A stretch of DNA of 64,000 bases from Gemmatimonadales bacterium (GTDB taxonomy: Bacteria; Gemmatimonadota; Gemmatimonadetes; Gemmatimonadales; Gemmatimonadaceae). The DNA lies in the NCBI GenBank assembly GCA_038330215.1, contig JBBQNT010000001.1, positions 1,356 to 65,355 on the forward strand. Direction: 5' to 3'. The notes beneath the pieces were generated by a model. That model was not told the origin of the DNA. It saw only the letters and a program-made list of their open reading frames with translations, and ran no database searches. Shown here piece after piece: positions 53,868 to 62,699 of the stretch (position 1 is its first letter; each line of letters begins with the position of its first letter). Position numbers and translations under genes: made by a program.

Positions 53868-56800
53868 TCAATGCCGCATCCGACCGGCCGACGCTGCCCG
53901 CTGAGGTTGCTCCACCAGCTCGGCCTCGTCGTCGTCTGTATCGGCCTCCGGTAGGGACTCCATCTCGCCCAGGTCGGCGAGCGCCGCCTGGACATCGAAA
54001 TCGTCCAGTGTTGTGGCCTTCCGACCCGCGTCGACGCCGTACTGCGCGAGCGCTTCCACGAATCCCTGCATTCCGAGCCCCGTTGCCGACTCATTCGCCT
54101 TGGCCAACTCCACGTTGATCTCGGACTGCTCCCGGCGAAGAACAGTCAGAGCGTCTTCGTGTGGCCATCGCTCAGTCATCGCCGCTTTGACCTCGGAGAT
54201 CTCTTCCCGATTGCGGGTCAACGTGTCGCGTCCGCGGCGGATTGCGTCCGCGATCGCGGTGGCTCCGTTCTCGATACGGCGCACCATTCCGACAGGGCTC
54301 AGCGAAATGTCGATCGTCTGCAGGGGAACCAGCGTCGCCTGGCCTTTCGGCGTCAGCATCATGTAGGGCGACGCGTTGAAGCTCGTACGCAACACCACCG
54401 ACAGGCCTTCGAAATCCCCAAGCACGTGCACCTGCTTGTAGGTTTCTTTCGCTGCCGCTGTCGCAGCGATCAACAACGAGTTGCCGGCGTCTCGACGACT
54501 TGCGTACTCGCGCGACCCGACCGTCATCACGAAGGGCGGGCCGTTTCCCGCGATTTCCTCCTCGGCCTCGACTGCGGGACCAGCAAGAGCCTTCGTCTTC
54601 GGCGCTTCCGATTCCTTGCGCGCTGCAGCTGCCTCCGCAGCAGCTTGGTGACGACTGGCCCTGCTTGGCATCGCCGCGTCAATCACCGCCTGCATGTTCA
54701 GCAGCACGTTCAGCTCTCGCTCGACCCGATCAATCGTGGATCCACACAGATCCAGCCGCGACTGCCGGCTGCTTCGCTGCTGTCCCCACGCCATGCGCAA
54801 CAGGTCAAGTCGGCGCACCTCCGTGTCGACAACGCACTTTCGGCGAACCAGCGGATTGTCCGAGGCTTCCGCCTCGATCGCCTCGAACGACATCGTTCCC
54901 GAGTCCTCCGCGATCTTGCGAACCAACCCCGCACCATCGTTACCGCTCGCCAACCCTTCCATGACCTGGGCGATGAAGTTCGCCTTCAGCGTCACAAGTC
55001 GCCAGTTCCAGTCCTCCAGCATGCCCTTCGTGACGTACGTCCAGATCTCGACCTCAGGAAACTGATTGCCGTTGCGAATGATCCGGCCGTTGCGCTGAGT
55101 GACCGCGCCAGGATGAAACGGTGCATTCAGGTGATGGAGTCCCGCCAATCGGTCTTGGATGTTCGCTCCCTCCCCCATCTTCTCGGTAGAGCCGAGCAAC
55201 ACCCGGATGGTCCCCTCTCGCACACGCCTGTACATCGCGAGCTTGTCGACATCCGACTTCGCGTCGTGAATGTAGGCAATCTCGTCGCGAGGAATCCCAC
55301 GATCAACCAGCTTGGCCGTCAATGCCTCGTAGGCATTGAAGCTGATATCCGCTTTTCCGGCTCGTGGTGTCGCAAGATCGAGGAATATCGCTTGTGCACC
55401 TCGGCGATCTGACGTCTTGTGGTGAATCCGTGCAACGCAATCTGCCACCTCGCGAAGCTTCGAGCCGCCGACATCCTCGGGCAACTCAGGATAGAGGGTT
55501 CGTACGTCGAGAGCCCCACGACGCGCATCACCCAGCACACACAGGATGTTGTCTTGACCCTTCTCCGGCTTTCGCCCACTTCGTTGACGGATCTCTTCAA
55601 CGCGTGCGGCGAGCGACTCGCGCAAGCGCTGTTGAAGCTCTGTCGGCTCCACCGACACCGTATGGAAGTTCGGTGTCGGCCGATCGAAGAACGCGTTGGT
55701 GTCGGGAACTGAATCGACAAACTGCGCCAGCATGCGCACGAGTTCGGGAACGTTCCGGATCTCAGCCAGGCGGTTGACGATTCGATACCCCTTGCCCGCG
55801 GGATCCGGCTCCAGTGATTGCACCGTGTCTGCGAACTGTGCGCGCCATGCGTCGAAGTGCATGACGTTGGCTTGTTCCAGAAGTCCGGGCTGCAGGTATC
55901 GCTGCATGTTGAACACCTCGGCAACGGTGTTCGTGATCATCGATCCGGTGGCAAAAATCACCTTGCCGCCGTTCTCCTGCAGGAACCGGACTTTGGAAAG
56001 CATGTCGAAGGCGCGCTGCGACGCCGACGACGGAATACCGAGAATTTGCTCGCTGCTATGAACCTGCAGCGCCTTGAAGCGATGGGCCTCGTCTACCATG
56101 AGGGTCGTCACGCCCAGGTCGGCGAGCGTGATACGCATGTCATCCTTTTCGTCGAGGTTCATCAGCTTCGTGAGCTGCGCGCACTTGCCTGCAAGCTGCG
56201 CCTCCATCTGCTTCACACGACGCGCGTTGCCGCCTTCCTGCTGCACGGCAGCTACCTGTTCGCCGTATGCGGCAATCTCGTCCATGAGAAAGCGGACCTC
56301 CGCGTCCTTCGGCAGACGCAGCCGCTTGTACGCCTCCGGTGTCGCCAGAATCAGATCAGGCGATGTCACCTGCACGCGCCGCCAGAATCGACCTCGGCCA
56401 GACGGCGTGAGGTCTTCAGAGCGGATCGTCAGAATTCGCGCTGTTGGAAACCATCGTTTCGCCTCGCCGGCGAACTGGATGATGACGTTCTTCGGCGTCA
56501 CGACCAGGCTCTTGCCGCCGAGGACCTGGCGCAGCTTCACCGCGGTCGCGGACATCGTGGCCGTCTTCCCGAAGCCCACCGGGTGCGCGAGCAGGACGTT
56601 GTCGTCCAGCAGGCACCTCGCAAGCCCTGTCGCCTGGTGCGTCCGCAGCTGACGTGTCGTCGTCATACCTGACACGCTGATGGGAATCTGCCGATAGTCG
56701 GCAGACCGATGCGCATTGAACAGCTCGTTGTATGACGTCTCCAGCGACTTCACGCGCTCCGGCGCGTCCCACACCCAGCGCGCAAACAACTCTTTCAGCT

Positions 56801-59800
56801 CCCTCTGCTTCTCGATCGCGATTGCCGTCGCGACCTCGTCGACCACCCGCTTCTTGTCGTCCTCATCCGATGGCTTCGTGACCTTGGCCGACTTACCGTT
56901 CAGGGCGGCCTCGATCAGTTCATACGTGCGCATGCGTGGCGTGTCGTAGGTCTCCGAGCGCTGATACTTCGGAACCTTCACCTCCCAGCCTCCGGTTACC
57001 GATGAGAATGTGACGTCGAAGTGCGCCATCAGCGGGCTGGTGTCGTACACGTGGTAAAGGAAATCGCGAATGATCGCTGGCTCGATCCAGCGCATGCCTA
57101 GCGCAGCGGAGATCTCGTCCTTCGTCAGCCACTGTGGAAGGCGCTCACGCAAGGCAGCAACATTCGCGCCCAGCTCCGAATTGGCTTCGGCGGCGCGTTC
57201 GGCAATCCGCAACTTCTCACGCACATTGCCGGACAGATATCGCGCTGCGATGTCCCACTGGCCGCTCGCCGGATCTCGGAACACTTGCTCCGAAAGCTCG
57301 GCAACGCACTGGTCCCAGGCCTTGCCGGAATGCTTCGCAATCCATTCGGCGTCCACACCACCTGTTTGATCGATGCAAGCGACCAAAGCGTCTTGCACGG
57401 ACTCGCAACGCACGACGCCACGCGGCCCGATCGTCCTCGTGGTGAATATCTCGGCCTTGCCGATGAATCGGTTTTCGTCATCGAGAACTTCAAGCGCATG
57501 CACCGCGTCGAAAATAGGATCGTCTTGGAGCAGCCGACGATTCTTGTTGCGACGTCCCTCTGCTACCCGTCCATGCGCCTCGACGAACGCGGCGTATGCC
57601 TTTTCGAGTCGGTCCTGCAAGATAGCCAACTCACCGTCATCGCAACCACTCAGTTGCGCTTGAATCAGGTCCGCAACGGCATCGCGCAGAGGGATGTAGT
57701 CGCGGATGCGCTGCTCGTCGCGCCCATTCAGGCCAGTGATTCGCGTCGGCTTGCCGTTGAGCACTGCTCCGACGTCGTCGCTTCCCAAGATCGCGAATGC
57801 TCCCTCCGATCGCGGATCGAAGAACGGCCGGACATCCGGCTCTGCATCTCCGCCAGCGGCGGAGATCTCGCTCGCACTCAAGGGCCGATGAATGCCGGCC
57901 GGGACATGCTGCGGAATGATCCCGAGCCAATCCGACAGCGATCGCGGTAACCCGCCATCCGGATGGTGCCGAGTCACGCTGTTACGCACGGCGCCGTACA
58001 TTCGTTTCGACGACACCAAGTGTCCGAGGACATGACCGCGACTCGTTGCAAAGATTCCGTTCATCGTCATCGACGATTCGTCGACGCCCTCACGGACGAT
58101 GCAATCGGACCAGTCAAAATCTGCCGGCGCTTCGCCGGGCAGCCGCTTCCGAATCATCAGCAGATCCGTCGTGACATCTGTGTTCGCGTTCGACTTAAAG
58201 GCGTCCTCTGGCAATCGGAACGCTGCGACCAGGTCGCCACGCTCGTACATCGCCTCACGCACCTTCGGATTCTGACGATCGAGCGTGCCGGTACCGGTGA
58301 GGCACATCAGCACGCCCCCTGGACGCAGCTTGTCGAGCGACTTGACGATGAAGTAGTCGTGGATATACGCGTTGAGTTTCCGATAGTCCGGATCGAAGAC
58401 CTGAAAGCTACCGAACGGCACGTTTCCGATCACGAGATCGATCGACTGATCCGGAATCGCGGTCTCTTCGAACCCAGCCGCGAAGACCTTCGCCCGCGGA
58501 AACAACATGCGCAGGACTCCGGCCGTTGCAGGATCCTTCTCGACGGCGACAAAGCGCGTCGCTTCCTTGACCTGATCAGGTACGCGTGCAATGAACATTC
58601 CGGTACCAGCACCGGGCTCCAACACGCGCCCGCCAACAAATCCCGCATTCAGCGCCGCTGACCACATCGCATCGATCACTTGGTGATGCGTGTAGTGGGC
58701 GTTCATCGTACTGGCGCGCATCTGCGCGTACTCGTCGTCGCTCGCCAGCGCCCGCAACTGCTCGTTGAACGAGCGAAACAGCGCGTGCTCTTCGCTGAAC
58801 ACACCCGGCAACCCACCCCAACCGACATAGCCGATCAGCGCATCGAGGTCCTCTTCGCTCGGCTCATCTCCGCTTCGCCGAAGTCCCTGCAGGATGCGCA
58901 ACGCCTTCAGGTTCCCCTCCACCGCCATTCGATCGTTCCATGCCGACCGTAGAACACGCTCAGGTTCATCAAGGCGGTAGTTCTCTCGTCCCGACTGCGG
59001 AACATCCAGAAGCGCGGACGCGAAATCATCGTCATTGGCGAGCGTCGCCGGCTCGATCGCAGCTGCTGCAGGTTCGGACGTAGTCGTTGTGTCGACCGGC
59101 GGGGCTTTGTCCGTGCGCTGCTCCACCGGTCCGGCAGCCGCCGCTGGATCCGCATCACTGGCCGCGACGCTTTCGGGCTCTTCGTCCCGCTGCAACGCCC
59201 CGGATCCGAAACCCTGCGTCACCATGTTTCTCAGGAGCAAGTTGCCGAAGGTCCGATCAAGCCGGCGGACTTCTCCGCCCATGAGCGGGTTCTGGGTAGC
59301 GGTTTCGATGAGCGTCAACGTGCCATCGACGTTGAGGCGAAACACTGCTTCTGCGTCGATGAACGTGTCACCGTTCTGACGCCGGTAATGCGTGAACATC
59401 ACACGCTGGTGCTCGCCCGTGTGGCGACCATTCGCATCGACAGTCGGATGCGGTTGACGCTCGATCACGAGCTGCATGTACGGCGGGTTGTCGATTCGTG
59501 CGATGAAATCGAGGTTCTGATCGCGGTCGATCACGGCGATGCGTTCGGCGAGACCAAGGGCGTGCAGCAACCGGGCAGCGTCCCGCTCTGCAGGACTATG
59601 CTGCTCCTGCGCGCCGGCAACGCCGGCACGGCGCTTCAACTGCTCTGCAGGTGCCGCGCTCGTCGCTGGTGTTGGTATCGCATCGGATTCGAGCTTCGCT
59701 ACGCGCTCGTTCGTCCACACCACGAACGTCTCGCGAGGCACCTGCACGATCTGCATGAGTGGGAACGCATCGCGCACCGCTTGAAACCGGAACGCTTCGT

Positions 59801-60014
59801 CAGCACCGAACTTACGATGCCAACGCCCCGACTTTGAGTGCGGCCGCATCCCGAATGCGCTCAGCGCGTCGGCGTTCCGTTCCGTTTGTCCCCCGGCGAC
59901 CAGCACTCGCTCGCGGGAACCTCGGCTGGACACCAGGAAGAACTTCAAACCGTAGGCGGCAAGATCCACCCACGGGACCGGCGCGCTGGCCGGTGCGGTC
60001 GATTCGTTGGTCAT
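53868..60014 (-). CDS. polyvalent protein: N-terminal conserved domain, N6-adenine DNA methyltransferase, SNF2/DEAD-like helicase and long C-terminal region (2048 aa)
   Basis: MTase motif I VLEPGAGTGMF, motif IV DLVIGNVPFG. Helicase motif I LLAHPVGFGKTA, motif II LMVDEAHRFK, motif VI GAVTQRNGRIIRNGN. Confidence 0.85.
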   Translation of the reverse strand: MTNESTAPASAPVPWVDLAAYGLKFFLVSSRGSRERVLVAGGQTERNADALSAFGMRPHSKSGRWHRKFGADEAFRFQAVRDAFPLMQIVQVPRETFVVWTNERVAKLESDAIPTPATSAAPAEQLKRRAGVAGAQEQHSPAERDAARLLHALGLAERIAVIDRDQNLDFIARIDNPPYMQLVIERQPHPTVDANGRHTGEHQRVMFTHYRRQNGDTFIDAEAVFRLNVDGTLTLIETATQNPLMGGEVRRLDRTFGNLLLRNMVTQGFGSGALQRDEEPESVAASDADPAAAAGPVEQRTDKAPPVDTTTTSEPAAAAIEPATLANDDDFASALLDVPQSGRENYRLDEPERVLRSAWNDRMAVEGNLKALRILQGLRRSGDEPSEEDLDALIGYVGWGGLPGVFSEEHALFRSFNEQLRALASDDEYAQMRASTMNAHYTHHQVIDAMWSAALNAGFVGGRVLEPGAGTGMFIARVPDQVKEATRFVAVEKDPATAGVLRMLFPRAKVFAAGFEETAIPDQSIDLVIGNVPFGSFQVFDPDYRKLNAYIHDYFIVKSLDKLRPGGVLMCLTGTGTLDRQNPKVREAMYERGDLVAAFRLPEDAFKSNANTDVTTDLLMIRKRLPGEAPADFDWSDCIVREGVDESSMTMNGIFATSRGHVLGHLVSSKRMYGAVRNSVTRHHPDGGLPRSLSDWLGIIPQHVPAGIHRPLSASEISAAGGDAEPDVRPFFDPRSEGAFAILGSDDVGAVLNGKPTRITGLNGRDEQRIRDYIPLRDAVADLIQAQLSGCDDGELAILQDRLEKAYAAFVEAHGRVAEGRRNKNRRLLQDDPIFDAVHALEVLDDENRFIGKAEIFTTRTIGPRGVVRCESVQDALVACIDQTGGVDAEWIAKHSGKAWDQCVAELSEQVFRDPASGQWDIAARYLSGNVREKLRIAERAAEANSELGANVAALRERLPQWLTKDEISAALGMRWIEPAIIRDFLYHVYDTSPLMAHFDVTFSSVTGGWEVKVPKYQRSETYDTPRMRTYELIEAALNGKSAKVTKPSDEDDKKRVVDEVATAIAIEKQRELKELFARWVWDAPERVKSLETSYNELFNAHRSADYRQIPISVSGMTTTRQLRTHQATGLARCLLDDNVLLAHPVGFGKTATMSATAVKLRQVLGGKSLVVTPKNVIIQFAGEAKRWFPTARILTIRSEDLTPSGRGRFWRRVQVTSPDLILATPEAYKRLRLPKDAEVRFLMDEIAAYGEQVAAVQQEGGNARRVKQMEAQLAGKCAQLTKLMNLDEKDDMRITLADLGVTTLMVDEAHRFKALQVHSSEQILGIPSSASQRAFDMLSKVRFLQENGGKVIFATGSMITNTVAEVFNMQRYLQPGLLEQANVMHFDAWRAQFADTVQSLEPDPAGKGYRIVNRLAEIRNVPELVRMLAQFVDSVPDTNAFFDRPTPNFHTVSVEPTELQQRLRESLAARVEEIRQRSGRKPEKGQDNILCVLGDARRGALDVRTLYPELPEDVGGSKLREVADCVARIHHKTSDRRGAQAIFLDLATPRAGKADISFNAYEALTAKLVDRGIPRDEIAYIHDAKSDVDKLAMYRRVREGTIRVLLGSTEKMGEGANIQDRLAGLHHLNAPFHPGAVTQRNGRIIRNGNQFPEVEIWTYVTKGMLEDWNWRLVTLKANFIAQVMEGLASGNDGAGLVRKIAEDSGTMSFEAIEAEASDNPLVRRKCVVDTEVRRLDLLRMAWGQQRSSRQSRLDLCGSTIDRVERELNVLLNMQAVIDAAMPSRASRHQAAAEAAAARKESEAPKTKALAGPAVEAEEEIAGNGPPFVMTVGSREYASRRDAGNSLLIAATAAAKETYKQVHVLGDFEGLSVVLRTSFNASPYMMLTPKGQATLVPLQTIDISLSPVGMVRRIENGATAIADAIRRGRDTLTRNREEISEVKAAMTERWPHEDALTVLRREQSEINVELAKANESATGLGMQGFVEALAQYGVDAGRKATTLDDFDVQAALADLGEMESLPEADTDDDEAELVEQPQRAASAGRMRH

Positions 60015-60023
60015 CCGTCACGT

Positions 60024-60038
60024 TCTCTCAGTCTCTCA
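60024..60038 (-). promoter_or_regulatory. leader motif copy 4 (TGAGAGACTGAGAGA on the minus strand)
   Basis: 9 nt upstream of start 60014. Confidence 0.6.
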
Positions 60039-60056
60039 AATCCGCTAAGTGCGGAT

Positions 60057-60082
60057 GTGTGTAGTCTACGCAGTATACACAC
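60057..60082. promoter_or_regulatory. operator-like perfect IR GTGTGTA-N12-TACACAC in the divergent promoter region
   Basis: Read directly, between start 60014 (-) and ATG 60140 (+). Confidence 0.55.
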
Positions 60083-60139
60083 AGAAAAGCTAGCGCTATT
60101 CTTGCCCCATTGATTGTGTAGTCAATAGGCGCCTCGAAA

Positions 60140-60337
60140 ATGCAAAAGCCAAAGAAGTCTCCCTTCCGATCGTCAGCTCGGCCACTCTTGGCCAGCTCTG
60201 CCGAAGGCACGCAGGTATGGACGCTGACGGATGAGTTCGGCGCCGAGATCCTGCGCGACATCGCTGGATCTCCGGCAGCGGCAGAGCACGCGATCGCACA
60301 CGCGATCGCCGTGCTCCGTGGTGACGTCTATGAATAA
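60140..60337 (+). CDS. hypothetical small protein (65 aa)
   Basis: ORF track; GC3 rises in the second half; first gene of the + operon. Confidence 0.45.
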   Translation: MQKPKKSPFRSSARPLLASSAEGTQVWTLTDEFGAEILRDIAGSPAAAEHAIAHAIAVLRGDVYE

Positions 60338-60361
60338 GTCCGAGTCGATGAAGGTGCGGGC

Positions 60362-62188
60362 ATGAGTGTTCGTACGCGCATCAGCCACAAGGAAATCCGC
60401 CACTGGCATGCATGCTGCGGCTTGGGCGGCGGCGGAAAAGGCTTCAATCGCGCCCGTGCGGAAGTTGGAAATCTACGCGCTCGCTTCCGTTGCATTGGTG
60501 GCGTCGATTCCGACCCCGCGGGGCTTCGCGATTTTGAGCGCTTGACTGGCGTGCGCGGCACGCTGCTGGACATGTTCAGTCGCGAGCAGTTCGTCGCGTG
60601 GCACGGTCATGAGCCTCCGCCGGGCTGGCACGAAGCAACGCCAGCTGATATCCGTGCCAGCGCTGGCGGCGAACGCCCGCACATCGTGTTCACGAGCGCG
60701 CCGTGCAAGGGCTTCTCGGGGCTGCTCCCGGAGTCGTTGTCGAAGTCTCTCAAGTACCAGGCACTGAATGACCTGGCGCTGCGCTGCATGTGGCTGACGC
60801 TCGAAGCCTGGGCGGAAGATCCGCCCGAGTTCATCATCCTCGAAAACGTTCCGCGCATCGCTACACGCGGCCGTCACCTGCTTGATCGCATGACCAGCTT
60901 GCTGTCGCGCTACGGCTACGCCGTTCACGAGAGTGCGCACGACTGCGGTGAACTGGGCGAGCTGGCGCAGTCGCGCAAGCGCTTTTTGCTCGTGGCCCGC
61001 CACATCGAAAAGGTGCCGCCATTCCTGTACGAGCCACGCAAGCGGCCTCTCCAAGCGGTCGGCTCGGTGCTGGGACGTATGCCAATGCCTTCAGTCGAAC
61101 TCGGCGGACCGATGCACCGGCTACCCGCACTACAGTGGAAAACGTGGGTGCGTCTTGCGTTCGTCGAGGCAGGTGCCGACTGGCGTTCGTTGAACAAGCT
61201 AGCCATCGAGAATGGCAACTTGCGCGACTACCTGATCGTGCCCGAAGGCACGGAAGCGTGGCACCGCGGCGTACTTGGCGTCACTCCGTGGGAGAAGCCC
61301 GCCGCCACTGTCACCGGCAACGGTCGCGCAACAACTGGCCGCTTCGCAGTCGCGGATCCTCGCGCCGCGGAAGGAGCTGCGCAATATCAGCAGTATGGTG
61401 TACTCAACTGGACAGAACACTCTGGCGCCGTGATTGGCGTCAAGAGCCCAGGACAAGGCACATTCAGCGTCGCCGACCCACGCTGCACGTGGTCGCCGGA
61501 CGCGCATTGCAACAAGTTCCGCATCGTTCCATGGGATCGCCCCGGTGGCACTGTCACCGGTGCTGATCGTGTGGGATCAGGCGCCCCGGTCGTTGCAGAT
61601 CCACGTTGCGACACAGGTCATCATGGAAGCGGCAAGTATCGTGTCACCGGCTTCGACGAAGCCGCAGGCACGATCATCGCCGGCAGCACTACAGGGCAAG
61701 GCGCATTCGCTGTGGCCGACCCCAGGCCATCCACCGACCTTAACAGCTGCCGTCATCTGACCGGCGAGCACTACGGCCCACCGCCATTGAACGGCGCCAA
61801 TCATGCGGTCATCAGCGCGGCGTTCGACTACGACAACTGGAACCCCGCCGCCGACGTAAAACTGCCGGGCCCGTCGCAGCAGTTGGCGTGCGTGATTCGT
61901 TCGAGAGATGGCACGTGGCACCGGCCGTTCACCACCCTCGAACTTGCCGCGCTGCAGTCGCTCATTGAGCCCGAAGAGCGCCTTGAGCTGGATGGCCTCA
62001 GCGACCAGGCCTGGCGCGAACGCATCGGCAACGCGGTGCCACCGGCCGCCGCAGAAGCGATCGCCTCAGTGATGGGGCGCACGCTGTTGATGGCGTGGAG
62101 CGGTACGACATTCTTTCTCGATGCCCAGCCGATATGGGTTCAGCCGATCGCTTTGGCTTCTTCCATGCCAGATCACACACATCCGTGA
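60362..62188 (+). CDS. DNA (cytosine-5) methyltransferase with a fourfold-repeat variable region
   Basis: Motif I ACCGLGGGGKGF, motif IV SAPCKGFSG, motif VI IILENVPRI, motif VIII AQSRKRFLLVA, motif X IGNAVPP. Four ...G.F.VADPR repeats lie between motifs VIII and IX. Confidence 0.85.
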   Translation: MSVRTRISHKEIRHWHACCGLGGGGKGFNRARAEVGNLRARFRCIGGVDSDPAGLRDFERLTGVRGTLLDMFSREQFVAWHGHEPPPGWHEATPADIRASAGGERPHIVFTSAPCKGFSGLLPESLSKSLKYQALNDLALRCMWLTLEAWAEDPPEFIILENVPRIATRGRHLLDRMTSLLSRYGYAVHESAHDCGELGELAQSRKRFLLVARHIEKVPPFLYEPRKRPLQAVGSVLGRMPMPSVELGGPMHRLPALQWKTWVRLAFVEAGADWRSLNKLAIENGNLRDYLIVPEGTEAWHRGVLGVTPWEKPAATVTGNGRATTGRFAVADPRAAEGAAQYQQYGVLNWTEHSGAVIGVKSPGQGTFSVADPRCTWSPDAHCNKFRIVPWDRPGGTVTGADRVGSGAPVVADPRCDTGHHGSGKYRVTGFDEAAGTIIAGSTTGQGAFAVADPRPSTDLNSCRHLTGEHYGPPPLNGANHAVISAAFDYDNWNPAADVKLPGPSQQLACVIRSRDGTWHRPFTTLELAALQSLIEPEERLELDGLSDQAWRERIGNAVPPAAAEAIASVMGRTLLMAWSGTTFFLDAQPIWVQPIALASSMPDHTHP

Positions 62189-62475
62189 ACGTAAAGACAT
62201 CAACCCCAAATCGATTTCGATACGGCGTTCACCGCGGCACTACACCGGCGAGAAAAGCACGCGGAGAACATGTGATTGCCAACGCATCGAAGGATCAGCC
62301 TTGGTCGCTGGTGGTGTGGGCCCCGGCCGGCTCGTTCATCGCAGTACGCGCCGGCCGATGGATAGATGCCTACGAACAACGCCCGCCATTCGAGCGTCAG
62401 CACGGCTGCTTGGTGACAATCGAGCCGTCCGGCAAATCCAACATACGCAACCTTCCCGAGGGCGACCAGCCATGA
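62185..62475 (+). CDS. hypothetical protein (96 aa)
   Basis: GTG overlapping the MTase stop (GTGA); GC3 acceptable. Confidence 0.4.
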   Translation: MNVKTSTPNRFRYGVHRGTTPARKARGEHVIANASKDQPWSLVVWAPAGSFIAVRAGRWIDAYEQRPPFERQHGCLVTIEPSGKSNIRNLPEGDQP

Positions 62476-62699
62476 CCGCGAACGGCAAGACACCCAAGAA
62501 GAAGATCGACGCGGCCTCTCGGAACCGGGCAGGACGGAAGGCGGGTCCTGTAACGCTGCGACGCCATCAGGTAATGCTTGACGACACAACGGCGGACCTC
62601 ATGCGCGGGTTGAAGAACGGCAACTTGAGTGGCGGCATTCGCGAGGCCGCGCTCATCGTCTCCAATGCTCTCGATGGAGATTCCCATGGACTCGATTAA
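62472..62699 (+). CDS. ribbon-helix-helix-like small protein (75 aa)
   Basis: VTLRRHQVMLDDTTADLMRGL...SGGIREAAL resembles a CopG/Arc-type beta-strand followed by two helices. ATGA overlap with the upstream ORF. Confidence 0.5.
   Translation: MTANGKTPKKKIDAASRNRAGRKAGPVTLRRHQVMLDDTTADLMRGLKNGNLSGGIREAALIVSNALDGDSHGLD

Noticed and set aside
53819-54094. N-terminal 92 codons of track ORF 52841-54094 (ankyrin gene)
   Set aside because: It would overlap the 3' end of the helicase gene and the operator site, and it is Arg/Ser/Trp-rich. The ankyrin-like sequence begins at the ATG at 53818.
54159-58661. Several long plus-strand ORFs (54159-55412, 55818-56672, 57285-57950, 57963-58661) inside the 2048-aa gene
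   Set aside because: They are antisense to a frame with clear methylase and helicase motifs, and their composition is shadow-like (Arg-rich).
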